Source of the DNA: the human T2T-CHM13v2.0 reference genome, Homo sapiens
Assembly: GCF_009914755.1 (NCBI RefSeq)
Contig: NC_060933.1
Length of the DNA: 64,000 nt
Reading direction: 5' to 3' (one strand)
Shown here: positions 13,301 to 28,500 of the stretch, one piece after another
Numbering within the stretch: position 1 is the first letter of the stretch
How the letters are laid out: each line of letters starts with the position of its first letter
Program-made: the position numbers and the translations under genes
Notes under the pieces: model-generated
Database searches by the model: none
The model's input: the letters and a program-made list of their open reading frames with translations, nothing else
Told to the model about the DNA's origin: nothing

Positions 13301-16300
13301 GATTCCATTCCTTTCCATTCCATTCCATTCAATTTCATTCCATTACAATTCGTTCCATTCCATTCTATGCCGTACCATTCCATTCCATTCCATTCCAATC
13401 GAGTTGATTCCATTCCATTCCATTCCATTCCATTCCACTCCATTCCAGTCCTTTCCATTCCATTCCACTCGGGTTGATTCCAATGTATTCCTTTCCATTC
13501 CATTCCATTCCATTGCATTCCGTTCCATTACATTCCCCTGCACTCACGTTGATTCCATTCCATTCCATTCCATTCCATTCAATTCCATTCCATTACAATT
13601 CGTTCCATTCCATTCTATTCCGTACCATTCCATTCCATTCCATTCCAATCGAGTTGATTCCATTCCATTCCATTCCATTCCATTCCACTCCATTCCAGTC
13701 CTTTCCATTCCATTCCACTCTGGGTGATTCCAATGTATTCCTTTCCATTCCATTCCATTCCATTGCAATCGAGTTGATTCCATTGCTTTGCATTCCATTC
13801 CATTCCATTCCATTCCGGATGATTCCATTCCATTGCATTCCATTCCATTCCATTCCCCTGCACTCGGGTTGATTCCATTCCATTCCACTCCATTCCGTAC
13901 CATTCCATTCCATTCCATTCCATTGTATTCGGGTTAATTCCATTAAATTCCATTCCATTCCATTCCATTCCATTCCATTGCAATCGAGTTGATTCCATTC
14001 CATTTCAATCCATTCCATTCCATTCCATTCCATTCCACTCGTGTTGATTCCATTCCTTTCCATTCCATTCGGTTTGAAGGCATTCCATTCCATTCCATTC
14101 CATTCCATTGTACTCGGGTTGATTCTATTCCTTTGCATTCCATTCCATTCCAATCCGTTGCATTCCATTCCATTACATTCGGATTGATTCTATTCAACTC
14201 CCTTACTCTCCATTACATTCCATTCCATTCGGGTTGTTCCATTCCATTCCATTCCATTCCACTCCATTCCATTGCACTCGGGTTGATTCCATTCTATTCC
14301 ATTCCATTCCATTCCATTCCGGATGATTCCGTTCCATTGCATTCCGTTCCATTACATTCCCCTCCACTCGCGTTGATTCCATTTCATTCCATTCCTTTCC
14401 ATTCCATTCAATTCCATTCCATTACAATTCGTTCCATTCCATTCTATTCCGTACCATTCCATTCCATTCCATACCATTCCATTCCATTCCATTCCATTCC
14501 ATTCCGTTCCGTTCCATTCCGTTCCATTCCATTCCATTCCATTCCATTCCATTGCAATCGAGTTGAATCCATTGTATTTCATTCCATTCCATTCCATTCC
14601 ATTCCATTCCGGAAGATTCCATTCCATTGCATTCCATTCCATTCCATTCCCCTGCACTCGCGTTGATTCCATTCCATTCCGTTGCATTCCGTTCCGTTCC
14701 GTTCCATTTCATTCCATTCCATTCCATTCCATTCCGTTCCGTTCCATTCCATTCCATTCCATTCTATTCGGGATAATTCCATTCCATTCCATTCGATTTC
14801 AATCGAGTTGATTCCATTCCATTCCATTCCATTCCGTTCCGGATGATTCCATTCTATTGCATTCCATTCCATTCCATTCCCCTGCAGTCGGGTTGATTCC
14901 ATTCCATTCCATTGCATTCCATTCCGTTCCATTCCATTCCATTCAATTCTATTCGGGTAAATTCCATTCCATTCCTTTCCATTCCATTCCATTCCATTCC
15001 AATCGAGTTGATTCCATTCCATTCCATTCCATTCCATTCCACTCCATTCCAGTCCTTTCCATTCCATTACACTCGGGTTGATTCCGTTCTATTCCTTTCC
15101 ATTCCATTCCATTCCATTGCAATCGAGTTGATTCCATTGCTTTGCATTCCATTCCTTTCCATTCCATTATGGATGATTCCATTCCATTCCATTCCATTCC
15201 ATTCCATTCCATTCCCCTGCACTCGGGTTGATTCCATTCCATTCCACCCCATTCCGTTCCATTCTAGTCCATTCCATTGTATTCGGGTTAATTCCATTCC
15301 ATTCCATTCCATTCCATTCCATTCCATTACAATGTAGTTGATTCCATTCAATTCCATTCCATTCCATTCCATTCCAGTCCTTTCCATTCCATTCCACTCG
15401 GGTTGATTCCATTCTATTAGTTTCCATTCCATTCCATTCCCTTCCATTCCAATCTGGTTGATTCCATTCCTTTCCATTCCACTCGAATACATTCCCTCCT
15501 ATTCCACTCAGAACGATTCCATTCCATTCCATTCTATTCTATTCCATTCCATTCCATTCCATTCCATTCCAGTTCGTTCCATTCCATTCTATTCCGTACC
15601 ATTCTATTCCATTCCATTCCTTTCCATTCCATTCCATTCCACTCGTGGTGATTCCATTCCTTTCCATTCCATTCGGTTTGAAGGCATTCCATTCAATTCC
15701 ATTCCATTCCATTCCATTCCATTCCATTCCATTCCATTCCGTTGTACTCGAGTTGATTCCATTCCATTGCATTCAATTCCATTCCATTCCATTCCATTGT
15801 ACTCGAGTTGATTCCATTCCATTGCATTCCATTCCATTCCATTCCATTCCATTCCGTTGCATTCCATTCCATTACATTCGGATTGATTCTATTCAACTCC
15901 CTTACTCTCCATTACATTCCATTCCATTCGGGTTGTTCCATTCCATTCCATTCCATTCCACTCCATTCCATTGCACTCGGGTTGATTCCATTCCATTCCA
16001 TTCCATTCCATTCCATTCCGGATGATTCCATTCCATTGCATTCCGTTCCATTACATTCCCCTGCACTCGCGTTGATTCCATTCCATTCCATTCCATTCCA
16101 TTCCATTCCATTCAATTCCATTCCATTGCAATTCGTTCCATTCCATTCTATTCCGTACCATTCCATTCCATTCCATACCATTCCATTCCATTCCATTCCA
16201 TTCCGTTCCGTTCTGTTCCTTTTCATTCCATTCCATTCTATTCGGTTTAATTCCATTCCATTCCATTCCATTCCATTCCATTCTATTCCATTCCATTGCA

Positions 16301-16375
16301 ATCGAGTTGAATCCATTGCATTTCATTCCATTCCATTCCATTCCATTCCATTCCATTCCATTCCGGAAGATTCCA
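7340..16375 (+). repeat. ~9-kb satellite block, copy 1 (paralogue of 53645-62965)
   Basis: Rare variants shared in the same order: TTACTCGAG 7661/53965, CAATGGAGT 8582/54851, GTGCAGTCGGG 9690/55651, CTATGCCGTACC 13365/59735, GGGTAAATTCC 14955/61590. Confidence 0.92.
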
Positions 16376-16560
16376 TTCCATTGCATTCCATTCCATTCCA
16401 TTCCCCTGCACTCGCGTTGATTCCATTCCATTCCATTCCATTCCATTCCATTCCATTCCGTTCCGTTCAATTCCATTCCATTCCATTCCATTCCATTCCA
16501 TTCCATTCCATTCTATTCGGGTTAATTCCATTCCATTGCATTCGATTGCAATCGAGTTGA
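10590..16560 (+). repeat. Older diverged tandem duplication, period ~3.43 kb here (~4.1 kb in the paralogous block)
   Basis: GGTTTGAAGGC 10628/14071, CCGTTCCGGATG 11411/14834, ATTCTAGTCC 11823/15261, CAATGTAGTTG 11892/15330. Confidence 0.8.
13330..13765 (+). repeat. Local 250-bp tandem duplication (also at 59700-60135)
   Basis: CATTACAATT at 13341/13591 and CAATGTATTC at 13481/13731, exactly 250 bp apart. The same pattern is at 59711/59961 and 59851/60101. Confidence 0.85.
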
Positions 16561-19500
16561 TTCCGTTCCATTCCATTCCATTCCATTCCATTCCATTCCA
16601 TTCCATTCCTTTCCATTCCATTACGGATGATTCCATTCTATTGCATTCCATTCCATTCCATTCCCCTGTACTCGGGTTGATTCCATTCCATTCCATTCCA
16701 ATCCATGCCATTCCACTCGTGTTGATTCCATTCTTTCCATTCCATTCAAGTTGAATCCATTCCATTGCATTCCATTCCATTCGATTCCATTCGATTGCAC
16801 GCGGGTTGATTCCATTTCATTGCATTCCATTCCATTCCATTCCATTCCATTCCATTCCATTCCATTCCATTCCATTCCGTTCCTCTCCATTCCATTGCAC
16901 TCGGGTTGATTCCATTCCATTGCATTCCATTCCATTCCATTCAATTCCATTCCGTTCCATTCCATTCCATTACATTCGGATTGATTCTATTCAACTCCCT
17001 TACTCTCCATTACATTCCATTCCATTCGGGTTGTTCCATTCCATTCCATTCCATTCCACTCCATTCCACTGCACTCGGGTTGATTCCATTCCATTCCATT
17101 CCATTCCATTCCATTCCGGAAGATTCCATTCCATTGCATTCCATTCCATTCCATTCCCCTGCACTCGCGTTGATTCCATTCCATTCCATTCTATTCCATT
17201 CCATTCCCTTTCTTTCCGTTCCATTCCATACCATTCCATTCCATTCCGTTCCGTTCCGTTCCATTCCATTCCATTCCATTCTATTTGGGTTAATTCCATT
17301 CCATTCCATTCGATTGCAATCGAGTTGATTCTATTCCATTCCATTCCATTCCATTCCATTCCATTCCATTCCATTCCATTCCATTCCTTTCCATTCCATT
17401 ACGGATGATTCCATTCCATTGCATTCCATTCCATTCCATTGCATTCCATTCCATTCCATTCCCCTGTACTCGGGTTGACTCCATTCCATTCCATTCCAAT
17501 CCATGCCATTCCACTCGTGTTGATTCCATTCTTTCCATTCCATTCAAGTTGAATCCATTCCATTGCATTCCATTCCATTCCATTCCCCTGCAGTCTGGTT
17601 GATTCCATTCCATTCCATTCCATTCCATTCCATTCCATTCCATTCCATTCCGTTCCGTTCCGTTCCATTCCATTCCATTGCATTCTATTCGGGTTAATTC
17701 CATTCCATTCCATTCCATTCCATTCCATTCCATTCCATTCCAATCGAGTTGATTCCATTCCATTCCATTCCATTCCATTCCACTCCATTCCAGTCCTTTC
17801 CATTCCATTCCACTCGGGTTGATTCCAATGTATTCCTTTCCATTCCATTCCATTCCATTGCAATCGAGTTGATTCCATTGCTTTGCATTCCATTCCATTC
17901 CATTCGATTCCGGATGACTCCATTCCATTGCATTCCATTCCATTGCATTCCCCTGCAGTCGGGTTGATTCCATTCCATTCCACTCCATTCCATTGCATTC
18001 CATTCCATTCCATTGTATTCGGGTTAATTCCATTCCATTCCATTCCATTCCATTCCATTCCATTACAATCGAGTTGATTCCATTCCATTCCATTCCATTC
18101 CATTCCAGTCCTTTCCATTCCATTCCACTCGGGTTCATTCCATTCTATTAGTTTCCATTCCATTCCGTTCCCTTCCATTCCACTCTGGTTGATTCCATTC
18201 CTTTCCATTCCACTCGAATACATTCCCTCCTATTCCACTCGGAACGATTCCATTCCATTCCATTCCATTCCATTCCATTCCATTCCATTCCATTCCATTC
18301 CATTTCGTTCCATCACATTCTATTCCGTATCATTCCATTCCATTCCATTCCATTCCATTCCATTCCATTCCATTCCACTCGTGTTGATTCCATTCCTTTC
18401 CATTCCATTCGGTTTGAAGGCATTCCATTCCATTCCATTCCATTCCATTCCATTCCATTCCATTGTACTCGGGTTGATTCCATTCCATTGCATTCCATCC
18501 CATTCCATTCCATTCCAATCCGTTGCATTCCATTCCATTACATTCGGATTGATTCTATTCAACTACCTTACTCTCCATTACATTCCATTCCATTCGGGTT
18601 GTTCCATTCCATTCCATTCCATTCCACTCCATTCCATTGCACTCGGGTTGATTCCATTCCTTTCCATTCCATTCCATTCCATTCCGGATGTTTCCATTCC
18701 ATTGCATTCCGTTCCATTACATTCCCCTGCACTCGCGTTGATTCCATTCCATTCCATTCCATTCCATTCCATTCAATTCCATTCCATTACAATTCGTTCC
18801 ATTCCATTCTATTCCGTACCATTCCATTCCATTCCATACCATTCCATTCCATTCCATTCCATTCCACTCCATTCCATTGCACTCGGGTTGATTCCATTCC
18901 ATTCCATTCCATTCCATTCCATTCCATTCCGGATGATTCCATTCCATTGCATTCCGTTCCATTACATTCCCCTGCACTCGCGTTGATTCCATTCCATTCC
19001 ATTCCATTCCATTCCATTCCGTTGTACTCGAGTTGATTCCATTCCATTGCATTCAATTCCATTCCATTCCATTCCATTGTACTCGAGTTGATTCCATTCC
19101 ATTGCATTCCATTCCATTCCATTCCATTCCATTCCGTTGCATTCCATTCCATTACATTCGGATTGATTCTATTCAACTCCCTTACTCTCCATTACATTCC
19201 ATTCCATTCGGGTTGTTCCATTCCATTCCATTCCATTCCACTCCATTCCATTGCACTCGGGTTGATTCCATTCCATTCCATTCCATTCCATTCCATTCCG
19301 GATGATTCCATTCCATTGCATTCCGTTCCATTACATTCCCCTGCACTCGCGTTGATTCCATTCCATTCCATTCCATTCCATTCCATTCCATTCAATTCCA
19401 TTCCATTGCAATTCGTTCCATTCCATTCTATTCCGTACCATTCCATTCCATTCCATACCATTCCATTCCATTCCATTCCATTCCGTTCCGTTCTGTTCCT

Positions 19501-22500
19501 TTTCATTCCATTCCATTCTATTCGGTTTAATTCCATTCCATTCCATTCCATTCCATTCCATTCTATTCCATTCCATTGCAATCGAGTTGAATCCATTGCA
19601 TTTCATTCCATTCCATTCCATTCCATTCCATTCCATTCCATTCCGGAAGATTCCATTCCATTGCATTCCATTCCATTCCATTCCCCTGCACTCGCGTTGA
19701 TTCCATTCCATTCCATTCCATTCCATTCCATTCCGTTCCGTTCAATTCCATTCCATTCCATTCCATTCCATTCCATTCCATTCCATTCTATTCGGGTTAA
19801 TTCCATTCCATTGCATTCGATTGCAATCGAGTTGATTCCGTTCCATTCCATTCCATTCCATTCCATTCCATTCCATTCCATTCCTTTCCATTCCATTACG
19901 GATGATTCCATTCTATTGCATTCCATTCCATTCCATTCCCCTGTACTCGGGTTGATTCCATTCCATTCCATTCCAATCCATGCCATTCCACTCGTGTTGA
20001 TTCCATTCTTTCCATTCCATTCAAGTTGAATCCATTCCATTGCATTCCATTCCATTCGATTCCATTCGATTGCACGCGGGTTGATTCCATTTCATTGCAT
20101 TCCATTCCATTCCATTCCATTCCATTCCATTCCATTCCATTCCGTTCCTCTCCATTCCATTGCACTCGGGTTGATTCCATTCCATTGCATTCCATTCCAT
20201 TCCATTCAATTCCATTCCGTTCCATTCCATTCCATTACATTCGGATTGATTCTATTCAACTCCCTTACTCTCCATTACATTCCATTCCATTCGGGTTGTT
20301 CCATTCCATTCCATTCCATTCCACTCCATTCCACTGCACTCGGGTTGATTCCATTCCATTCCATTCCATTCCATTCCATTCCGGAAGATTCCATTCCATT
20401 GCATTCCATTCCATTCCATTCCCCTGCACTCGCGTTGATTCCATTCCATTCCATTCTATTCCATTCCATTCCCTTTCTTTCCGTTCCATTCCATACCATT
20501 CCATTCCATTCCGTTCCGTTCCGTTCCATTCCATTCCATTCCATTCTATTTGGGTTAATTCCATTCCATTCCATTCGATTGCAATCGAGTTGATTCTATT
20601 CCATTCCATTCCATTCCATTCCATTCCATTCCATTCCATTCCATTCCTTTCCATTCCATTACGGATGATTCCATTCCATTGCATTCCATTCCATTCCATT
20701 GCATTCCATTCCATTCCATTCCCCTGTACTCGGGTTGACTCCATTCCATTCCATTCCAATCCATGCCATTCCACTCGTGTTGATTCCATTCTTTCCATTC
20801 CATTCAAGTTGAATCCATTCCATTGCATTCCATTCCATTCCATTCCCCTGCAGTCTGGTTGATTCCATTCCATTCCATTCCATTCCATTCCATTCCATTC
20901 CATTCCGTTCCGTTCCGTTCCATTCCATTCCATTGCATTCTATTCGGGTTAATTCCATTCCATTCCATTCCATTCCATTCCATTCCATTCCATTCCAATC
21001 GAGTTGATTCCATTCCATTCCATTCCATTCCATTCCACTCCATTCCAGTCCTTTCCATTCCATTCCACTCGGGTTGATTCCAATGTATTCCTTTCCATTC
21101 CATTCCATTCCATTGCAATCGAGTTGATTCCATTGCTTTGCATTCCATTCCATTCCATTCGATTCCGGATGACTCCATTCCATTGCATTCCATTCCATTG
21201 CATTCCCCTGCAGTCGGGTTGATTCCATTCCATTCCACTCCATTCCATTGCATTCCATTCCATTCCATTGTATTCGGGTTAATTCCATTCCATTCCATTC
21301 CATTCCATTCCATTCCATTACAATCGAGTTGATTCCATTCCATTCCATTCCATTCCATTCCAGTCCTTTCCATTCCATTCCACTCGGGTTCATTCCATTC
21401 TATTAGTTTCCATTCCATTCCGTTCCCTTCCATTCCACTCTGGTTGATTCCATTCCTTTCCATTCCACTCGAATACATTCCCTCCTATTCCACTCGGAAC
21501 GATTCCATTCCATTCCATTCCATTCCATTCCATTCCATTCCATTCCATTCCATTTCGTTCCATCACATTCTATTCCGTATCATTCCATTCCATTCCATTC
21601 CATTCCATTCCATTCCATTCCATTCCACTCGTGTTGATTCCATTCCTTTCCATTCCATTCGGTTTGAAGGCATTCCATTCCATTCCATTCCATTCCATTC
21701 CATTCCATTCCATTCCATTGTACTCGGGTTGATTCCATTCCATTGCATTCCATCCCATTCCATTCCATTCCAATCCGTTGCATTCCATTCCATTACATTC
21801 GGATTGATTCTATTCAACTACCTTACTCTCCATTACATTCCATTCCATTCGGGTTGTTCCATTCCATTCCATTCCATTCCACTCCATTCCATTGCACTCG
21901 GGTTGATTCCATTCCTTTCCATTCCATTCCATTCCATTCCGGATGTTTCCATTCCATTGCATTCCGTTCCATTACATTCCCCTGCACTCGCGTTGATTCC
22001 ATTCCATTCCATTCCATTCCATTCCATTCAATTCCATTCCATTACAATTCGTTCCATTCCATTCTATTCCGTACCATTCCATTCCATTCCATACCATTCC
22101 ATTCCATTCCATTCCATTCCACTCCATTCCATTGCACTCGGGTTGATTCCATTCCATTCCATTCCATTCCATTCCATTCCATTCCGGATGATTCCATTCC
22201 ATTGCATTCCGTTCCATTACATTCCCCTGCACTCGCGTTGATTCCATTCCATTCCATTCCATTCCATTCCATTCCGTTGTACTCGAGTTGATTCCATTCC
22301 ATTGCATTCAATTCCATTCCATTCCATTCCATTGTACTCGAGTTGATTCCATTCCATTGCATTCCATTCCATTCCATTCCATTCCATTCCGTTGCATTCC
22401 ATTCCATTACATTCGGATTGATTCTATTCAACTCCCTTACTCTCCATTACATTCCATTCCATTCGGGTTGTTCCATTCCATTCCATTCCATTCCACTCCA

Positions 22501-25500
22501 TTCCATTGCACTCGGGTTGATTCCATTCCATTCCATTCCATTCCATTCCATTCCGGATGATTCCATTCCATTGCATTCCGTTCCATTACATTCCCCTGCA
22601 CTCGCGTTGATTCCATTCCATTCCATTCCATTCCATTCCATTCCATTCAATTCCATTCCATTGCAATTCGTTCCATTCCATTCTATTCCGTACCATTCCA
22701 TTCCATTCCATACCATTCCATTCCATTCCATTCCATTCCGTTCCGTTCTGTTCCTTTTCATTCCATTCCATTCTATTCGGTTTAATTCCATTCCATTCCA
22801 TTCCATTCCATTCCATTCTATTCCATTCCATTGCAATCGAGTTGAATCCATTGCATTTCATTCCATTCCATTCCATTCCATTCCATTCCATTCCATTCCG
22901 GAAGATTCCATTCCATTGCATTCCATTCCATTCCATTCCCCTGCACTCGCGTTGATTCCATTCCATTCCATTCCATTCCATTCCATTCCATTCCGTTCCG
23001 TTCAATTCCATTCCATTCCATTCCATTCCATTCCATTCCATTCCATTCTATTCGGGTTAATTCCATTCCATTGCATTCGATTGCAATCGAGTTGATTCCG
23101 TTCCATTCCATTCCATTCCATTCCATTCCATTCCATTCCATTCCATTCCTTTCCATTCCATTACGGATGATTCCATTCTATTGCATTCCATTCCATTCCA
23201 TTCCCCTGTACTCGGGTTGATTCCATTCCATTCCATTCCAATCCATGCCATTCCACTCGTGTTGATTCCATTCTTTCCATTCCATTCAAGTTGAATCCAT
23301 TCCATTGCATTCCATTCCATTCGATTCCATTCGATTGCACGCGGGTTGATTCCATTTCATTGCATTCCATTCCATTCCATTCCATTCCATTCCATTCCAT
23401 TCCATTCCGTTCCTCTCCATTCCATTGCACTCGGGTTGATTCCATTCCATTGCATTCCATTCCATTCCATTCAATTCCATTCCGTTCCATTCCATTCCAT
23501 TACATTCGGATTGATTCTATTCAACTCCCTTACTCTCCATTACATTCCATTCCATTCGGGTTGTTCCATTCCATTCCATTCCATTCCACTCCATTCCACT
23601 GCACTCGGGTTGATTCCATTCCATTCCATTCCATTCCATTCCATTCCGGAAGATTCCATTCCATTGCATTCCATTCCATTCCATTCCCCTGCACTCGCGT
23701 TGATTCCATTCCATTCCATTCTATTCCATTCCATTCCCTTTCTTTCCGTTCCATTCCATACCATTCCATTCCATTCCGTTCCGTTCCGTTCCATTCCATT
23801 CCATTCCATTCTATTTGGGTTAATTCCATTCCATTCCATTCGATTGCAATCGAGTTGATTCTATTCCATTCCATTCCATTCCATTCCATTCCATTCCATT
23901 CCATTCCATTCCATTCCTTTCCATTCCATTACGGATGATTCCATTCCATTGCATTCCATTCCATTCCATTGCATTCCATTCCATTCCATTCCCCTGTACT
24001 CGGGTTGACTCCATTCCATTCCATTCCAATCCATGCCATTCCACTCGTGTTGATTCCATTCTTTCCATTCCATTCAAGTTGAATCCATTCCATTGCATTC
24101 CATTCCATTCCATTCCCCTGCAGTCTGGTTGATTCCATTCCATTCCATTCCATTCCATTCCATTCCATTCCATTCCGTTCCGTTCCGTTCCATTCCATTC
24201 CATTGCATTCTATTCGGGTTAATTCCATTCCATTCCATTCCATTCCATTCCATTCCATTCCATTCCAATCGAGTTGATTCCATTCCATTCCATTCCATTC
24301 CATTCCACTCCATTCCAGTCCTTTCCATTCCATTCCACTCGGGTTGATTCCAATGTATTCCTTTCCATTCCATTCCATTCCATTGCAATCGAGTTGATTC
24401 CATTGCTTTGCATTCCATTCCATTCCATTCGATTCCGGATGACTCCATTCCATTGCATTCCATTCCATTGCATTCCCCTGCAGTCGGGTTGATTCCATTC
24501 CATTCCACTCCATTCCATTGCATTCCATTCCATTCCATTGTATTCGGGTTAATTCCATTCCATTCCATTCCATTCCATTCCATTCCATTACAATCGAGTT
24601 GATTCCATTCCATTCCATTCCATTCCATTCCAGTCCTTTCCATTCCATTCCACTCGGGTTCATTCCATTCTATTAGTTTCCATTCCATTCCGTTCCCTTC
24701 CATTCCACTCTGGTTGATTCCATTCCTTTCCATTCCACTCGAATACATTCCCTCCTATTCCACTCGGAACGATTCCATTCCATTCCATTCCATTCCATTC
24801 CATTCCATTCCATTCCATTCCATTCCATTTCGTTCCATCACATTCTATTCCGTATCATTCCATTCCATTCCATTCCATTCCATTCCATTCCATTCCATTC
24901 CACTCGTGTTGATTCCATTCCTTTCCATTCCATTCGGTTTGAAGGCATTCCATTCCATTCCATTCCATTCCATTCCATTCCATTCCATTGTACTCGGGTT
25001 GATTCCATTCCATTGCATTCCATCCCATTCCATTCCATTCCAATCCGTTGCATTCCATTCCATTACATTCGGATTGATTCTATTCAACTACCTTACTCTC
25101 CATTACATTCCATTCCATTCGGGTTGTTCCATTCCATTCCATTCCATTCCACTCCATTCCATTGCACTCGGGTTGATTCCATTCCTTTCCATTCCATTCC
25201 ATTCCATTCCGGATGTTTCCATTCCATTGCATTCCGTTCCATTACATTCCCCTGCACTCGCGTTGATTCCATTCCATTCCATTCCATTCCATTCCATTCA
25301 ATTCCATTCCATTACAATTCGTTCCATTCCATTCTATTCCGTACCATTCCATTCCATTCCATACCATTCCATTCCATTCCATTCCATTCCACTCCATTCC
25401 ATTGCACTCGGGTTGATTCCATTCCATTCCATTCCATTCCATTCCATTCCATTCCGGATGATTCCATTCCATTGCATTCCGTTCCATTACATTCCCCTGC

Positions 25501-28500
25501 ACTCGCGTTGATTCCATTCCATTCCATTCCATTCCATTCCATTCCGTTGTACTCGAGTTGATTCCATTCCATTGCATTCAATTCCATTCCATTCCATTCC
25601 ATTGTACTCGAGTTGATTCCATTCCATTGCATTCCATTCCATTCCATTCCATTCCATTCCGTTGCATTCCATTCCATTACATTCGGATTGATTCTATTCA
25701 ACTCCCTTACTCTCCATTACATTCCATTCCATTCGGGTTGTTCCATTCCATTCCATTCCATTCCACTCCATTCCATTGCACTCGGGTTGATTCCATTCCA
25801 TTCCATTCCATTCCATTCCATTCCGGATGATTCCATTCCATTGCATTCCGTTCCATTACATTCCCCTGCACTCGCGTTGATTCCATTCCATTCCATTCCA
25901 TTCCATTCCATTCCATTCAATTCCATTCCATTGCAATTCGTTCCATTCCATTCTATTCCGTACCATTCCATTCCATTCCATACCATTCCATTCCATTCCA
26001 TTCCATTCCGTTCCGTTCTGTTCCTTTTCATTCCATTCCATTCTATTCGGTTTAATTCCATTCCATTCCATTCCATTCCATTCCATTCTATTCCATTCCA
26101 TTGCAATCGAGTTGAATCCATTGCATTTCATTCCATTCCATTCCATTCCATTCCATTCCATTCCATTCCGGAAGATTCCATTCCATTGCATTCCATTCCA
26201 TTCCATTCCCCTGCACTCGCGTTGATTCCATTCCATTCCATTCCATTCCATTCCATTCCGTTCCGTTCAATTCCATTCCATTCCATTCCATTCCATTCCA
26301 TTCCATTCCATTCTATTCGGGTTAATTCCATTCCATTGCATTCGATTGCAATCGAGTTGATTCCGTTCCATTCCATTCCATTCCATTCCATTCCATTCCA
26401 TTCCATTCCTTTCCATTCCATTACGGATGATTCCATTCTATTGCATTCCATTCCATTCCATTCCCCTGTACTAGGGTTGATTCCATTCCATTCCATTCCA
26501 ATCCATGCCATTCCACTCGTGTTGATTCCATTCTTTCCATTCCATTCAAGTTGAATCCATTCCATTGCATTCCATTCCATTCGATTCCATTCGATTGCAC
26601 GCGGGTTGATTCCATTTCATTGCATTCCATTCCATTCCATTCCATTCCATTCCATTCCATTCCATTCCGTTCCTCTCCATTCCATTGCACTCGGGTTGAT
26701 TCCATTCCATTGCATTCCATTCCATTCCATTCAATTCCATTCCGTTCCATTCCATTCCATTACATTCGGATTGATTCTATTCAACTCCCTTACTCTCCAT
26801 TACATTCCATTCCATTCGGGTTGTTCCATTCCATTCCATTCCATTCCACTCCATTCCACTGCACTCGGGTTGATTCCATTCCATTCCATTCCATTCCATT
26901 CCATTCCGGAAGATTCCATTCCATTGCATTCCATTCCATTCCATTCCCCTGCACTCGCGTTGATTCCATTCCATTCCATTCTATTCCATTCCATTCCCTT
27001 TCTTTCCGTTCCATTCCATACCATTCCATTCCATTCCGTTCCGTTCCGTTCCATTCCATTCCATTCCATTCTATTTGGGTTAATTCCATTCCATTCCATT
27101 CGATTGCAATCGAGTTGATTCTATTCCATTCCATTCCATTCCATTCCATTCCATTCCATTCCATTCCATTCCTTTCCATTCCATTACGGATGATTCCATT
27201 CCATTGCATTCCATTCCATTCCATTGCATTCCATTCCATTCCATTCCCCTGTACTCGGGTTGACTCCATTCCATTCCATTCCAATCCATGCCATTCCACT
27301 CGTGTTGATTCCATTCTTTCCATTCCATTCAAGTTGAATCCATTCCATTGCATTCCATTCCATTCCATTCCCCTGCAGTCTGGTTGATTCCATTCCATTC
27401 CATTCCATTCCATTCCATTCCATTCCATTCCGTTCCGTTCCGTTCCATTCCATTCCATTGCATTCTATTCGGGTTAATTCCATTCCATTCCATTCCATTC
27501 CATTCCATTCCATTCCATTCCAATCGAGTTGATTCCATTCCATTCCATTCCATTCCATTCCACTCCATTCCAGTCCTTTCCATTCCATTCCACTCGGGTT
27601 GATTCCAATGTATTCCTTTCCATTCCATTCCATTCCATTGCAATCGAGTTGATTCCATTGCTTTGCATTCCATTCCATTCCATTCGATTCCGGATGACTC
27701 CATTCCATTGCATTCCATTCCATTGCATTCCCCTGCAGTCGGGTTGATTCCATTCCATTCCACTCCATTCCATTGCATTCCATTCCATTCCATTGTATTC
27801 GGGTTAATTCCATTCCATTCCATTCCATTCCATTCCATTCCATTACAATCGAGTTGATTCCATTCCATTCCATTCCATTCCATTCCAGTCCTTTCCATTC
27901 CATTCCACTCGGGTTCATTCCATTCTATTAGTTTCCATTCCATTCCGTTCCCTTCCATTCCACTCTGGTTGATTCCATTCCTTTCCATTCCACTCGAATA
28001 CATTCCCTCCTATTCCACTCGGAACGATTCCATTCCATTCCATTCCATTCCATTCCATTCCATTCCATTCCATTCCATTTCGTTCCATCACATTCTATTC
28101 CGTATCATTCCATTCCATTCCATTCCATTCCATTCCATTCCATTCCATTCCACTCGTGTTGATTCCATTCCTTTCCATTCCATTCGGTTTGAAGGCATTC
28201 CATTCCATTCCATTCCATTCCATTCCATTCCATTCCATTCCATTGTACTCGGGTTGATTCCATTCCATTGCATTCCATCCCATTCCATTCCATTCCAATC
28301 CGTTGCATTCCATTCCATTACATTCGGATTGATTCTATTCAACTACCTTACTCTCCATTACATTCCATTCCATTCGGGTTGTTCCATTCCATTCCATTCC
28401 ATTCCACTCCATTCCATTGCACTCGGGTTGATTCCATTCCTTTCCATTCCATTCCATTCCATTCCGGATGTTTCCATTCCATTGCATTCCGTTCCATTAC

